Positions 1 to 11,400 of a stretch of 64,000 bases of DNA are shown in pieces (positions within the stretch are counted from its first letter, which is position 1; each line of letters starts with the position of its first letter). The translations under genes were made by a program, and so were the position numbers. The DNA comes from Raillietiella orientalis (taxonomy: Eukaryota), in the NCBI GenBank assembly GCA_036172245.1, contig JAYWIR010000004.1, positions 6,076,001 to 6,140,000 on the forward strand, written 5' to 3'. The notes beneath the pieces are model-generated. The model saw only the letters and a program-made list of their open reading frames with translations. It was not told the origin of the DNA and did not search any database.

Positions 1-870
1 GTGGCATTGCAGTACGCACAACGAGGCGTCCGAAATGTCCCTGGGACTGCCCGCTAGGATTCCTAGGGTCATCGAGGGGTGATTTAAAAGGGGACGGAGA
101 GTGGCACAGTCTGGCAAAAGCTGAGGGAGGGTCTTCTTCTCCCTGCACCTGTCCCATTCCGCACTCGCCCCTCCCCAGTTCCAGTGGTGAAGGCGTGCCT
201 TGCATGGGGGACCGTATCGGTCGGCAGGGACTCGCCTACGCTAAAAACCGGCTGCTGGGGTGGACGGCGCCCAGGTGTCGAGCCGACTGCCATCGAAGGG
301 CCGTTCCTGCCTCCAGAGCATTCCTTCATCGGAGGGCGGCGAGTTTCCCAGCTTCCGGAGGGCGGAAGGAGCGCCACGGACGCGCATCTGCATCAGAGGA
401 GCTCTCGGCTGCGGGGTGTTTCTTCGTGAGGCAACGGCTGCCCTCCACCTAAGAGACAGCACCGTCGCCACGTTCGACGGGCCACAGCCAACGCGTAGGT
501 CCTTTCGCGATTTTCCGCTGGTGGCGCTTCTCGTCCCGCCTCAGCAGCCTCAGGCGGCGGCGGCGGCGGCGGCGGCGGAAACTTCCGCGGTCGTCCCGTC
601 AGGCTTCGCCGCAAGCGTCCTTTTGGCACAGAGAGGGGTCTAGAGCGTCCGGGAGCTTTGGGAAGGAGGGTGATTCGCGCACCCGATCGAGCCCGCCGGA
701 GCTCTAGGCTTCCAGCTGCTCCAAGCGCCCTTTCCCGGATCTCTGGAGACTACGTTGCGTCTGGAAGCGGGAAAAAAAGGAAGCAAAGGTGGAGGTGTGC
801 GTTTGGCAGCAGTTCTGCACCCCCGGATGACTTTGGCATTTTTCTTATTCCTGAGTATTTTCTTATTCCT
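1..870 (+). mobile_element. L1/Tx1-clade LINE 3' fragment (decayed zf-RVT region and T-rich UTR)
   Basis: GGEFPSF...AHL near 335-390 resembles the GGCxFPxC...H zinc finger of the other copies. T-rich tail at ~835-885. Confidence 0.3.
553..578. repeat. (GGC)n microsatellite
   Basis: About 8 GGC units. Confidence 0.9.
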
Positions 871-1449
871 TTATTGTGTTTTGAGGGGGGTGGAGCAGGG
901 GTGCTTCTGATGGAGGGGAGGACAATGCAGCTCGAGAGATGACCCAATCAGCCCCGGAGTAAGTTGCGTGGGTCCGTTCCCGGATGCCAAATGCGAGGTC
1001 GCGAGACCTGCGGGAACGGAACTCATAGAGTGATGTCCTCCTCCCTTGCCCGCTCCTGTGCAGATCCCGCGAGAGATCCCGATACTCTCCCAAGAAGCGA
1101 GGGGGGGAGGAGGCGGATGAGGAGGAAAGCCCAACGATCCCGGAAGGCCACTGCGTTCCAGGGCCCACCGCGGCGCCGACGGAATCGCTCGCCCGCTCCT
1201 TGCCTCCCGTCCCGATTCAATTTCCTCGGAAATCTGGGGCCGATCGAACCGCTCCCGGGGTTCTTATTATCGGAACTTTTATCTCGCTCTTGTCGGGAAC
1301 GGAGACGCCGTGCGGCGTTGTGACGATTCCCCGATGAGGACGTTCCCGCGCTTCTTGCTCGCGAGCTCCGCTCTCGGGGACCCCTCTCCCTTAATCACAT
1401 GTTTCAGACACCGCGCTTCCGAAAAACCGAATAATCAGACGCAGTTATT

Positions 1450-3142
1450 ACCCCGATAAAGCCCTGGAATGAGTCCTCCTTCCTTGCGGGTTTTCCGCCG
1501 AAATTTGGCGAGTTTCAGGGGAAGTGAAGGGCGTGTTACCTCCGCGATCTTGGGAGAATCCTTTCGGAGGGAGGAAGGTATCCCCCCCCCCCTCCGATCC
1601 CTCCAGAGGCTTGGATTCTCGTGAGGGCAGTGGGAGGAATTTTTTTTCGCAAGGGGCAATCCGGAAGCGCTCATCGTCCATCCTCGCTTGCGGAGGCGGA
1701 GAGCACGCGCGCTGCTCCGGATTACCCCTCCACGACCAAATCGCGGCCCCACTCGCCTCAAGGACTTGGCGGCTCTGCATCGGGATGGCATCTGGAGCTG
1801 GAGGGGATCGGGCTCCGAGTGTGGTTCCGGATGCCGGCACCTCGCGCCAAGCTGTGGAACTTCTCCGCTCGGTTCACCTGCTCGCCTCACCCTGCGAGCA
1901 GGCGCCACTGGCGAAGAATCGCTGTCGTTGCTGCGGAGCACCCGATGCGGAAATTTGACTTCCCCCCTCGAGGTGACGCCCCTCCTTAGCGGAAGCCTAG
2001 ATATGGATGCCCGGCCGCCCAATGAACTGGAGGCAGGAGACTGTTGATTCCCTGGGCTGCATTCTAGGGAAAGAGTCCGGAGGATCTTTGTCCCCCGAGG
2101 CACTTCCCACCACACCTTTCGAAGTGGTGATGCAGGACGCGACAAGGTGGTCGACCCTGGTAGCCGGACCACGTGCCGCAGCGACGCCTGCCCTGCGGGC
2201 AAACCACGACAGCTTCCAGCCGGCGAAGTGGGAGTTTTCCTGCACCATCGCGTGAAGGACGAGCTCTGGTGGGTGCTGCCGCTCCGCGCTCCGCAGCAAT
2301 GGGACTATTGTGTGGGAGTGTAGCCCCAGAAAAACTTGTGGTTCCTCTCCATTGCTCGGACACTTCCATGTTCCCGTTCTCCCAGAAACAGGTAGTGCTG
2401 CTCTTCCTCCACTGGGATTCCAGTGCAACGAGCGCCGCCATCCTCGCTTCCGCGGGGGTTGCATCCCGAACTGTTGTTCCAGGTAGGGGTCTGCGGAGTC
2501 AATCCCGCCGCACCTGCCTTTGGACTGCGGTGCTCTCCGGGAACCGTGGCGGAGGCTGGCGTCAGCGCTCCTGAACCAGGAGGAAACTCCGTCCGCGACG
2601 TGGGTGAGACGTTCTTCGAGCCGGGAATTCTTTCGACAGGCGCGGTGATCGCACCCGTGCCATGGTCACGACACGCCACGGGCTGGAGACGACGACGAGG
2701 CAGCGGGGAGGTCACCAAGATTGCAGCTGTCTGCATGAATGCGGCTGCAAGATGGTCTCACCCCCAAGAGGAAGAAAAGAATGAGACTGCCGGCATCCAG
2801 CGCCGGTTTTGAACCCGTGACCCAGAGGACACTGGTGACCCTTGAATCCGGCTGACGCCCTTGTCCTCAACATCACTTTATTTATTTTGTTTTTTTATTG
2901 TCCACTCCCTTTCACTCCGGTTTTTTGTATATTTATCCCGATGTAAGCGTAGCGAACCCAAAGACCCTTGTCCCACCCCCCAGATTCCCTCGTTTTTTGT
3001 TGTCCCTCCTTCCCTCTCCCGTTCCGAAATCCCGACCTACTTGTCAGTGGATCCCCCTTTTGACCTTCTGCCTTCGGTTGGGAACCAGAGCGTTCCCGAC
3101 TTTGCTTTTCTAAAATAAACTCCTCGGCATGACCGGATGAAA
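1450..3142 (+). mobile_element. L1/Tx1-clade LINE 3' part, family A copy 1
   Basis: PQGLG motif near 1760. zf-RVT GCIPNC...AESIPPHLPLDCGALREPWRRL at ~2455-2560. T-rich 3' UTR, AATAAA and terminal motif. Clear nucleotide homology to 12830-13899. Confidence 0.7.
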
Positions 3143-3149
3143 CGCCCTA

Positions 3150-3900
3150 CCGACCTCGCTGCACCCGCTGCGGACTCGAGAACTCCCGGGGGATCGGGAG
3201 GGACTAGACCAGCAGCGGAAGCGACCCGGAGAGATGCGCGAAGGGCGAAGGGGCAGGACCTTCTGGAGTCATGTCCCGAAGGGCCTGGAGGAGCTCTCGC
3301 TGCCGTGACTGCAGCGGACCGGAGCGGAGATTTCTCACAGGAGGTCTGCGGGAGCCGCAGGACGCGATCATCAGCCCGCCTTCCCCGGAGATCCAGAGAG
3401 AGAGAGGGTGGAGATCCCGTAGCCACACGCCTGTGTCGGCGGCCTTGTGGCTGTGGCCTCTGTGCGTGGTGCGGAGCGTTGCGGGTTCGAATCCCCACGT
3501 GGAGCATCGACGCCAAGAACGAAGGGTTTCGAGTTCCTCCTCAGGAGGGCATCGGTTGTCCTGAAGGCTTCGGGTGCGGCACTGATGATGGAGTCGGAAG
3601 CCGGATGCCCGCGTCGACTGGCCAGGATTGGAAGCTGACCCCCGGGGTTCCTCCAGGAATCTAAGAGCCCTTCGGGTTCCCCTCCGGTGGTGTAAACGGA
3701 GCATTCGATCGCGTTCCATGATGCTGGTCGATACCCCCTCGGGCGGTTGCCTCTCCCGAGTGCAAGAAGCGCGCGCGCAGGCACGCGGCGGAGACTCGCT
3801 TCCTCGCTGCGCAGCAGCGGCCAGCCAGATGCCGCAGCGCGAAGCAGCCCCCGTCGTCACGGCGACCGCCTCCCCTGCCGTGGACGGCGGAGGCCGGCTG
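3150..3900 (+). mobile_element. L1/Tx1-clade LINE ORF2 C-terminal fragment, family B
   Basis: Shares TTGGAAGYTGACCC and GGxTGCC...AGAAGCGC blocks with 25060-25240 and 53890-54190. DWKLT and GGC..ECKKR motifs. Confidence 0.55.
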
Positions 3901-4989
3901 GGGCCTCCCTGGCTGGCTCTTCCCGCCCTTTCCGGGAGTCAATTTCGTGTAAGAAATCGCATCATCAGCACCGCCCGAACGCGATGCATGGGAGGAATCA
4001 GGGAGGGAGGTGTAGTGAAAAATTCCACGCATCCCTTCGAACTTAACCCATTAGTTCGGATCACTGGCTTGCCTGTTTTTATTTATCGGAGGGGATGTTT
4101 CAGGGAGCGCCAGGAGGGGATCCCGTCGAAGGAAAGGCGTAGGAAGAACGCAATTATGATTACGTGAAATTCGAAATCTGAGAGCATTAAAAAAAAAAAA
4201 ATAAGGAAGAGGAAAAGAAAAAGCACGGAAGAAAAAGAAAAAAAGGGAGATCAGCGGAGATAAATGCCGTGTCAGAGAGGCTGCTCACAATCTGAATGGG
4301 AATAAATTGCTCCTGCTGCAGCAGAGATGCTGGCGGGAGGCTCTCGCTGCGGGATTTAGGGCAGGCGGGCGGCGGAGCTGCCTCGCGGAGCACGCGGTCG
4401 AGCGAGGGGCCTGTGGAAGATCCGGGGAAGGTGATAGTGGCGGTGTCGTGAAGAGGAGGTTTCCACCGCTTGGGGAGGGGGGGGGGAGGTGGTAGCCCAA
4501 GAAGACACCCTTCGTCGCCGCGTGGCGAGCGCTTTCGTAAACCGCCGAGCGAAGGGACGTGCGCGTGCCTCCTTCGCGAGCATCACCCGTTTCCCGGAGC
4601 GACTCGCACGCTCCTACAAAGGGTGGTCTCGGGGACGCGGCTTTCCCATTCTCCCTCTCTGGTGGTATCTCTAGTCTCCCCCTCCCCTCCCTCTCCCCTT
4701 CCTCGAGAGAGAGCAGCTTGCTTTCCCCTGCGCCCCTCGCGTTTGAAGCGCGAAGTACGCCGTTGCCTGGCTGCGGGTTCCTCCCGCGAGATCCCTTCTC
4801 ACCCGAAGAACAGGACGCGTGCGCATGCCCTCTGGCTAGCGGAAACCGCACCTTGCGAATGGGACTCGTCCGATGCTCAGGTTCTCGACGTCTTTCGGCG
4901 GTCTCTCGGAATGGCCTCACGCGGCTGCCATCCTCCGATCAGAAAGGGGTCAGGCTTCTCTGGAGGCTCTTTGGTCGCTCCCTTCGGAT

Positions 4990-7410
4990 CGGAGACTCGG
5001 GTATCCATCGACTTTGTTCCCCACTGTCAGCTTAGCAGTAGCGCTGGTGCTTTTCCAAGGCCGTGCGAGTGGTCCAATTAGAAGTTTCCAGCATCTCATA
5101 AGCGAACGGAGAAAAGTTTGGCTTGCGTCACGGCTTTCAGATGAGTGGTCCGCATGCAAGGCCCAGGGGAACAGCGTCGCACTGGCGACGCAGAGACGAA
5201 ACAACTGCTCGTTCTGCTTAACAGCAGGCCGACCGGCTGGCCATCCAAGAGGGGTCTTCCCGCTGTTACGCTGCTCTTCGGGTCTGCTTCTCAATAACGG
5301 ATTGATTCGCCTGTGTCTGTGAACGTTCAAGTCCATTCCTTTTTCTGTTCCTGATTCATCCGTCCACTTGGCAACCGACGGATGAATGAGGATTATTCCG
5401 AGCTTCCGGTACGCGAACGCTTAACGGGAACGTACGCCAGTACGACTCCACTTAATCAATTCCGATGCTTCGAGAACAATCTTTGTTTCTCGTGCTGCTC
5501 CACTTGATCCCGCTGCTTAGGTACCTCGCTGTGTTGCAAGTTGGGTCGGCGCAATTCCTTAGCGAGCGAAGCTGCGTAAAAGGAACGTGTGGAAGACGCT
5601 GGCACAACTCTCGCTCCAGAGAAGGGGTTTTCGATGCGATCTGGTGAGCAGTTCTGGATTGCAGATTTGTGGGACTGAAGGGTGCCAAGGGACATCTTTC
5701 TCTTTCGGGCTTCATCGCTTGAGATGTTGAAAGCACGACGACAACACATATAAAGATGCAGGGAATCTTTCCTCCCTCTCAACAGTTGTCCACTTCTAAT
5801 CATGCTTTTGGGTTTCATTTGGAGTACTTTGGCATTCGCCATCTTTCTACTTTCCCAAATAGAAATGCTTCTGGAGTCCTCCCCGACCAAAATTCCTTGT
5901 TGAGAACCCTCCTGAATCCTGAACCCAATCCCTATTCCCGAACTCGTGGCGAAAAGTGGGACGCATCTGGTTGCTCAGTCATACTGAGGGTGGCTCAGCC
6001 CCAAGTGCTTTAGTCTGCATTGTTGGGTGCCATGCTGATCGCGCGAGCTGACGTCATACCACGAAGCTTCAGGCGGGAGGTTTTAAGTGGTCCAACGTTC
6101 GCTGTACAGCGCCATTTCCTCTCCTCGTTATCGCTCTTCTGGATGTTAAATCCGAGTAGATTCCTAACTTCGAGTACCGTTGGTTCTTAGAGACCAAATG
6201 CCGCACCACTGCCCCCCCACCCTTTCTTATCTTTACTGTAAAGAGCGTTGGTTGCTTTCACGCTCCCTGTCCCAGTTTATTCGCGGGAGACACATAGCGT
6301 CGTTTGTTCCTCGTACATAAACCACTGTAGCTACCTCTTTTGAAAAGAGAGAAAACCAGTGATTTTTTGCACAGACGTGTCTTCGATGCCATCCTGCTTG
6401 GGGGAAAAGGAAGTGTTCCATTAGTCATTTGCAAGACATGCTAACGGGGAGTACAACCGACGACGAGGGTGATGGTGAGTTCTCTTCCTCTCCCGCATTC
6501 AAGTTGGTCTCTCCATCTTCTAACGAGCTAGGGGTTCTTGAGAGTAGTTTTATCCCAGCCGGTGGCCTCACTTTGTGCTCCTCAGTATATGATTCGGAAA
6601 AGTCTCTCATTAAGCTAATGAGAAACACACAGCTTCTCCCTGTGGGGGTTTCCCTACGTTACTCTGCAGACCTGACGGCTTTTGCACTCTTTCAGGCTGC
6701 TCGTTTAGCATGTTTTTATGGCGATGCTAACGGTGTCTTCTCCGATGCCCCCAGTAGATCAGGCGAAGGTGCTGGATGTTGCAGAAGGCCATTTCTTTCC
6801 TCACGTGGTCGATTTGCCTACATAGGGATCCTTCGTGATGTTGGTGCTGTCTGGGTCATCTCCACGAGGTGACACTCTGACTTGGGCATCCCTGTATAAC
6901 GAAGGGGTGCATAACAAGGATCGAGCGCTTGCTCTCCTTCCTCATCCTGGAACCTTCCAACATCGTCGGCTGCTGTTGGGGCAATTCACGCCGAGTGTGA
7001 TCACCAGACCATCTCCTCGGTTGGAGGTTGCAGTTCTCACCTCGCCGCGGAGACGCACGGTTCCTATTGGCCACCTTTTTCTTCGCGTATTCCTATCTTT
7101 CACTAGACTTCCGAGGATATTTGCCAATTGGCATCCGGCGTTCGCCGCAGGCGATCCCCGATCACATTTAAGGAGTTTCAGAACACTGAAAAACAGGGCT
7201 GACTCTCAGGCGGCTAGCGGAACAGAATCGACCGCTTAGGTCCCGTAGGGCTGTTGACAGAAGTTCTTGAGATCTTTGGAGAGGTGCAGCCTCTTCAAGA
7301 GAGTAAAGCCAAAGGAAGAAATTTGCAAATACCTGCAGATACGAGCTGAGTACGACTCCGCCCATCTTCAAGCTACCTCCAAACAACAGAGGGTTACCTA
7401 CGATCACCTG
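4990..7410 (-). mobile_element. BEL/Pao LTR retrotransposon gag-pol remnant
   Basis: Ordered decayed motifs on the minus strand: PLLFGG (DUF1759-like), H..C..H knuckle, VYVRG..RINWD..SNQRS (protease DxGSQ-like), PTNLQ (GPxLQ), PFTQL..RYL, GKTPLGW, PWALHAD, and TFLRSL..GPLARP..AKL (TxRxxLS..DPLG..P..AK of Peptidase_A17). No LTRs seen. Confidence 0.55.
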
Positions 7411-7479
7411 ACCACCGATTTATCCCCGCAGCAAGGATGAACCTGCGATCAATCAGAGGAGTCAACAGACTACCACCAG

Positions 7480-8010
7480 AGGGAGGAAAGTGCCAACGTA
7501 TGCATAGCATGGAATGAAACTCTGCCTCACATCCTTAACCGCTGCATGAGGGCACTCTTCCATGCATACAACTAAGAATAGCATGGTGGTACAAAGGTTA
7601 AAGGACGCGGCGATTTGTACCGCAAAATGGAGCTTGGTATCAGCAAACCAACAAATCCCCGGAGGGGACTCCACCCTGGCACCAGATTTGACTCTGCAAG
7701 AAAGACAACAGAACGGTATTGCTAGACATCACTTGTCCGCTCGAAAACGGGAAGGAGGCGTTAGACAAAGCCAGGAGAGAGACGGAAGCGAAACATCGAA
7801 AGCTTTCTAAGCAGACATCTCGAATAAAAATCCAACTAATCCCCGCGCCTCTCCAGATGGAGCTCTGGAGTCTTGGGATTCGAGGAACCATGGAGTCCTC
7901 GGATAGCTAGGTGACCCAAGACTGCATGCGGACAAAATGAGGAAACTCATAGTGGCTTCATAAGTTTATCCGATACGGCAGGAATATCTTCTGGACTCAT
8001 CGACTGGGAT
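7480..8010 (+). mobile_element. NeSL/Utopia-type non-LTR retrotransposon C-terminus (CCHC knuckle plus restriction-like endonuclease)
   Basis: KCQR...ETLPHILNRC, VVQRLKDA, NQQIPG..LAPDLTL, LDITCPLENGKEALDKARRE.EAKH, GALESWD..N, KMRKLIV and IRYGRNIF appear in canonical order across frameshifts. Confidence 0.8.
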
Positions 8011-8043
8011 TTCTTCCAGAGGATGATTGCAGACTGAAGAGAA

Positions 8044-8420
8044 AATGGAGATGGCTCTGGGAGCCTGCGATTCATGGGAATCACAAGAGGGTGAGCAACT
8101 CTTCGACGAAACAAGATTTCCATCCTTCAGGTGCTGGTCCACATCGCATTGAGGCCGGAAAGACTGGAGAATCCCAGAAAAGAATTTGTTTGAAAGGAAA
8201 TCCTGACGGAGCATTCCGCACAGTCCCCGTTTCCGGTCCATCCGGACTTTCCAGCCATCCATTCCAAAGGAACGAATTTGGGAAGGGATGTCTGGAAAAG
8301 AGGACTGCACAAGGCGACTGCCGGACACGATCGCAAAACTAACAGCCGAAGAACGCTAACAGGAAGGGCCACAACAGTTTGTGCACGCTATCCGAAGATT
8401 AGGAAGATGATGCAAAGCCC
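8044..8420 (+). mobile_element. RTE-like LINE RT C-terminal fragment, copy 1
   Basis: MEMALGA...SSTK..SILQVLVHIAL resembles RTE RIxMAxxAF...SxKTKxxxYxxLV. About 240 bp are highly similar to 10065-10290. Confidence 0.45.
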
Positions 8421-8989
8421 CTCCAATATTGTACCATTTTTAAGCACCAAATAGAATCGCCATTGATTTTAGTCCGAAGAAGAAGCGATGCGTACGGGGG
8501 TCAACTGGAGTACAGAAATCACAAAACGAATGCCACAAACGAGAGCACTTTTGCGTGATTCCTGGAAAACAGGGGAAAAGGAGTTTTTCCGCATTTATAT
8601 CGAGGGATTTCGGGCTTCGCATTCCCGTTTTCCTCGCAGCAATCATTATAGAGCACCAAGCATCGTCCTTTGCGTGGAAAAAGCTCATCACTTTCCCAGT
8701 GACTGTGTGAGTCCAGGAATCTTTTCGGTCTCCATGGGAACTTCCAAACCATGTTCATGGATCCGAGGAAAGACTCTCCAAAAAAAGCAAATCGCAGAGT
8801 CCTTCGTGGACTCGCCAAACTCTGAACCAAGGAGAAAAGTTCTTGTGGGAAAAAAAGATGGCGCCCTAGAAAACACATCTTTCTTCCGTTCATGGTTCTC
8901 GGTTCGGTGAAGTACGGACTGCTGCTAAGACCGAATCGAGTCAGCGATGCCGTCGCGGAAAACGTGGCTGAGGAATTCAGTGTAACAGA

Positions 8990-9420
8990 TAAAGTGCATG
9001 GTGGCATCATCGCGCAAGTGTGGGTTTCTCAGCGGCATCTCTCCGACGATCGACGAACAGGTTTATGAGACGAAGGGAAAACCATCCGAGAGTCCAAGTT
9101 TACCATCAGACGTCATTACTTGCAACCTTCTGCAGAAATAAAAGGACTGGCGTCCCATCAAGTGTACCAGATTTCGATGTTTTGCTCATGTCTGAAGAAA
9201 CCGATTTCCGGTTCGAGCCGAAGGCATCGATGCTCCAAGTACACCCGTAACCATGAGCCACACCGACACCGCTCTTCTCATTCAACGAAATCTTGTCTTT
9301 CCTTGTTTTTTGCTCCAGGATGTTGGCTCACGAGAGCACATTTGAGTCAGACGGGATACATGAGAGCGTTCTACCGTGATCACCGCAAAGAATTACTCAT
9401 CACAGACCAGCGGCAGGAGT
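8990..9420 (+). mobile_element. Possible KDZ-superfamily (CxC-associated) transposase remnant
   Basis: HGGIIA / KCGFL...EQVY...SES...DVITCNL / HRHRSSHSTKSC..F.P resembles the KDZ pattern GxxxxxxPCG...ES..QV...YDxxCxL...DxFHxxxH..C. Frameshifted. Confidence 0.33.
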
Positions 9421-9799
9421 TCGGTGGCAAGGTGGAAGGTGGAGGAGGGATTTGTGAGGCGGAGATATTCTGGGGTTGGACTTTTATTCCAGACTTCTTT
9501 TCTGTTTATCCCGGACTAGTGTTGATTCAGGAAAGGGTGTTTCGGTATCGGTATTCCGGACAATGAAAGTGACAGTCTGCTGAGCTCTCATCTCTTTGAC
9601 TTCCAATTCTGGTGGCTGTTGTAAAATCAAAGCCAATCCAGCATCCCACAAATTGCGTCAGGAGAAGCGAATCCTCCAGGATTCTCTGGAAAGGCAATAA
9701 GCCACTCCTTTTGAAAATTTTATGATCTAAGGAGATGAAGGAAAATCATGAAGTGTGTAGGTGGACTGTCAAAGCCTCCTCCTGCTACTTTATCTTTAG

Positions 9800-10290
9800 A
9801 AAGGGTTTATGACACGTAAATTTCATCTCCCGGGTGCTGGAGATGATAATGCGAAATTTTTCCATGCAAGAGAGTCAAAAATCAAAGGAAAGGGAAAGAT
9901 GAAATATCTTTCGGGAAAGTCCCAGAGGATCCCAGATTGTTTGGCGGGCACTGGATAGCAAGGACACAGGGTTGCAATCACATGGGAGCAGAAGAAGTGG
10001 CCCGCTTTCGCTTCCGCCAAACTTCGAGTCCAGGACCGCTCCCATGATGCTCCCATCCAAGATGAATGGAGATGGCTCTGGGAGCCTGCGATTCATGAGA
10101 ACCACAAGAGGGCGAGCAACTCTTCGACGAAACACAAGATTTCCATCCTTCAGGTGCTGGTCCGCATCGCATTGAGGCCGGAAAGATTGGAGGGATCCAA
10201 TAAAAGAATTTGTTCGAAAGTAAATCCTGACAGATCACTCCACGCAGTCCCCGTTCACTTTCCAGCAATCCAGTCCTAAGGAATGAAGTT
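9800..10290 (+). mobile_element. RTE-like LINE RT fragment, copy 2
   Basis: GAGDDNA (YADD-like), FGGHWIART (FGLxINxxKT-like), then the same block as 8044-8280. Confidence 0.45.
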
Positions 10291-10649
10291 GAGATCTTCG
10301 ATGCCACGGAGAGGTCGCTTACTGCGGCCGATGACCCAACCGATGCACCTCATACATCTCCTGCAAACTCAAATAGAGTCAATTCTGTCTTCAGAAGCTT
10401 CTCTTGAATGCAGCGGTCCTTCAGCAACTCATTGCTTCGTAGATCCCAGGCTGCCAGTGATCCCGAGACCCGCTGCTCGCACCGACGCAGGCACTCCTCT
10501 GGAGGCGAAGCGGAGGGTGGGCAGTTCCTGACGTTTGCCCCCCTTCCTCTGCTTTTCCTCCTGCAAGCTCAGTGGACCACGAGATCAATAACTGGCCCTT
10601 CCTTCTGCGGCATTCCGGCTTAGACTCAATTGAGAACGCTGATGTTGAT

Positions 10650-11400
10650 CGTTTGGAGGCTGCCACCAGAACCTCTTGTTGTACCATCCTTTTCGTTTAG
10701 CCCACTAACTAGATAGTAGTGTCTCTTGATGCTAAGGCCGGGCTTTGTCCCACGGTAGTGGCTGAGACTGTGCGATGCAAGGACTCTTTCCCACTCACAT
10801 ATCTGCCAAGATAGTTCACGCTGTTTCTGGTAAGTGTCGCTCACATGGGTAGTTTTCAACTAGCAATAATCACGGCTCAGTCGCCTTCCTCGCCTATGAT
10901 ACTGCCCGTGCGCAAGGCAGGTAGTGCATTCGGCAGGACCTCACCCATAGAGCGGCAATCGGTCAATCTCAGGTGCCCCCAGTAAAGACTAGGTAGCCCA
11001 ACGCATTATGCTGCCCAACTTAATATATGGCTTTTCCCAGCACTGAGCTTTTCTCTACAAGAGAATGCCATGCTCGCCTGCGTTGGACTGTGATCAAGCT
11101 GGAGACGGCAAATTCTCATCTTGAGTTGTACTCAAACTCTCCAACGGTTATTTTAGATTCTTCTTGGTCGAAGACTCGGTGCGCCGGGCATCTGGTCGCC
11201 TTCATGCGACCAGATGCCCGAAGATCCACATCTCCTATCGCTGCTTGGCTACTGAACTTCTAGGCTATCTCACCGAACAAGAACTCTTCTACACCTCTGT
11301 CTGTAGGTGGCAAGCGAATTCATCTTGCATCATAATAAGAATCTTCCAAAAGGGGTTTAGAGAGACCAGATCCAGTGGAATGAATTCCTAAGGCAGCTGT
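10650..11400 (-). mobile_element. Decayed non-LTR RT fragment
   Basis: FIPLDLVSLNPFWKIL (RPIxL..K-like) and AVIIAS (ADDxVIIA-like). The AACTAGCAATAATCAC...CTATGATA block is shared with ~14996-15050. Confidence 0.3.

Noticed and set aside
3124..3153. Hammerhead-like TCGG-CATGA...GAAAC...TA-CCGA
   Set aside because: The CUGANGA core is incomplete, stem III does not pair, and the two sister copies lack the downstream half.
3478..3502. tRNA TPsiC/B-box-like GGGTTCGAATCCC (also at ~53896)
   Set aside because: No cloverleaf or A box. Both occurrences lie at the same position inside homologous LINE ORF2 fragments.
8044..10290. ~240-bp direct repeats flanking 1.8 kb, suggesting an LTR element
   Set aside because: No TG..CA termini, PBS or PPT. 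The repeats read as RTE-like RT coding sequence that extends differently in each copy.
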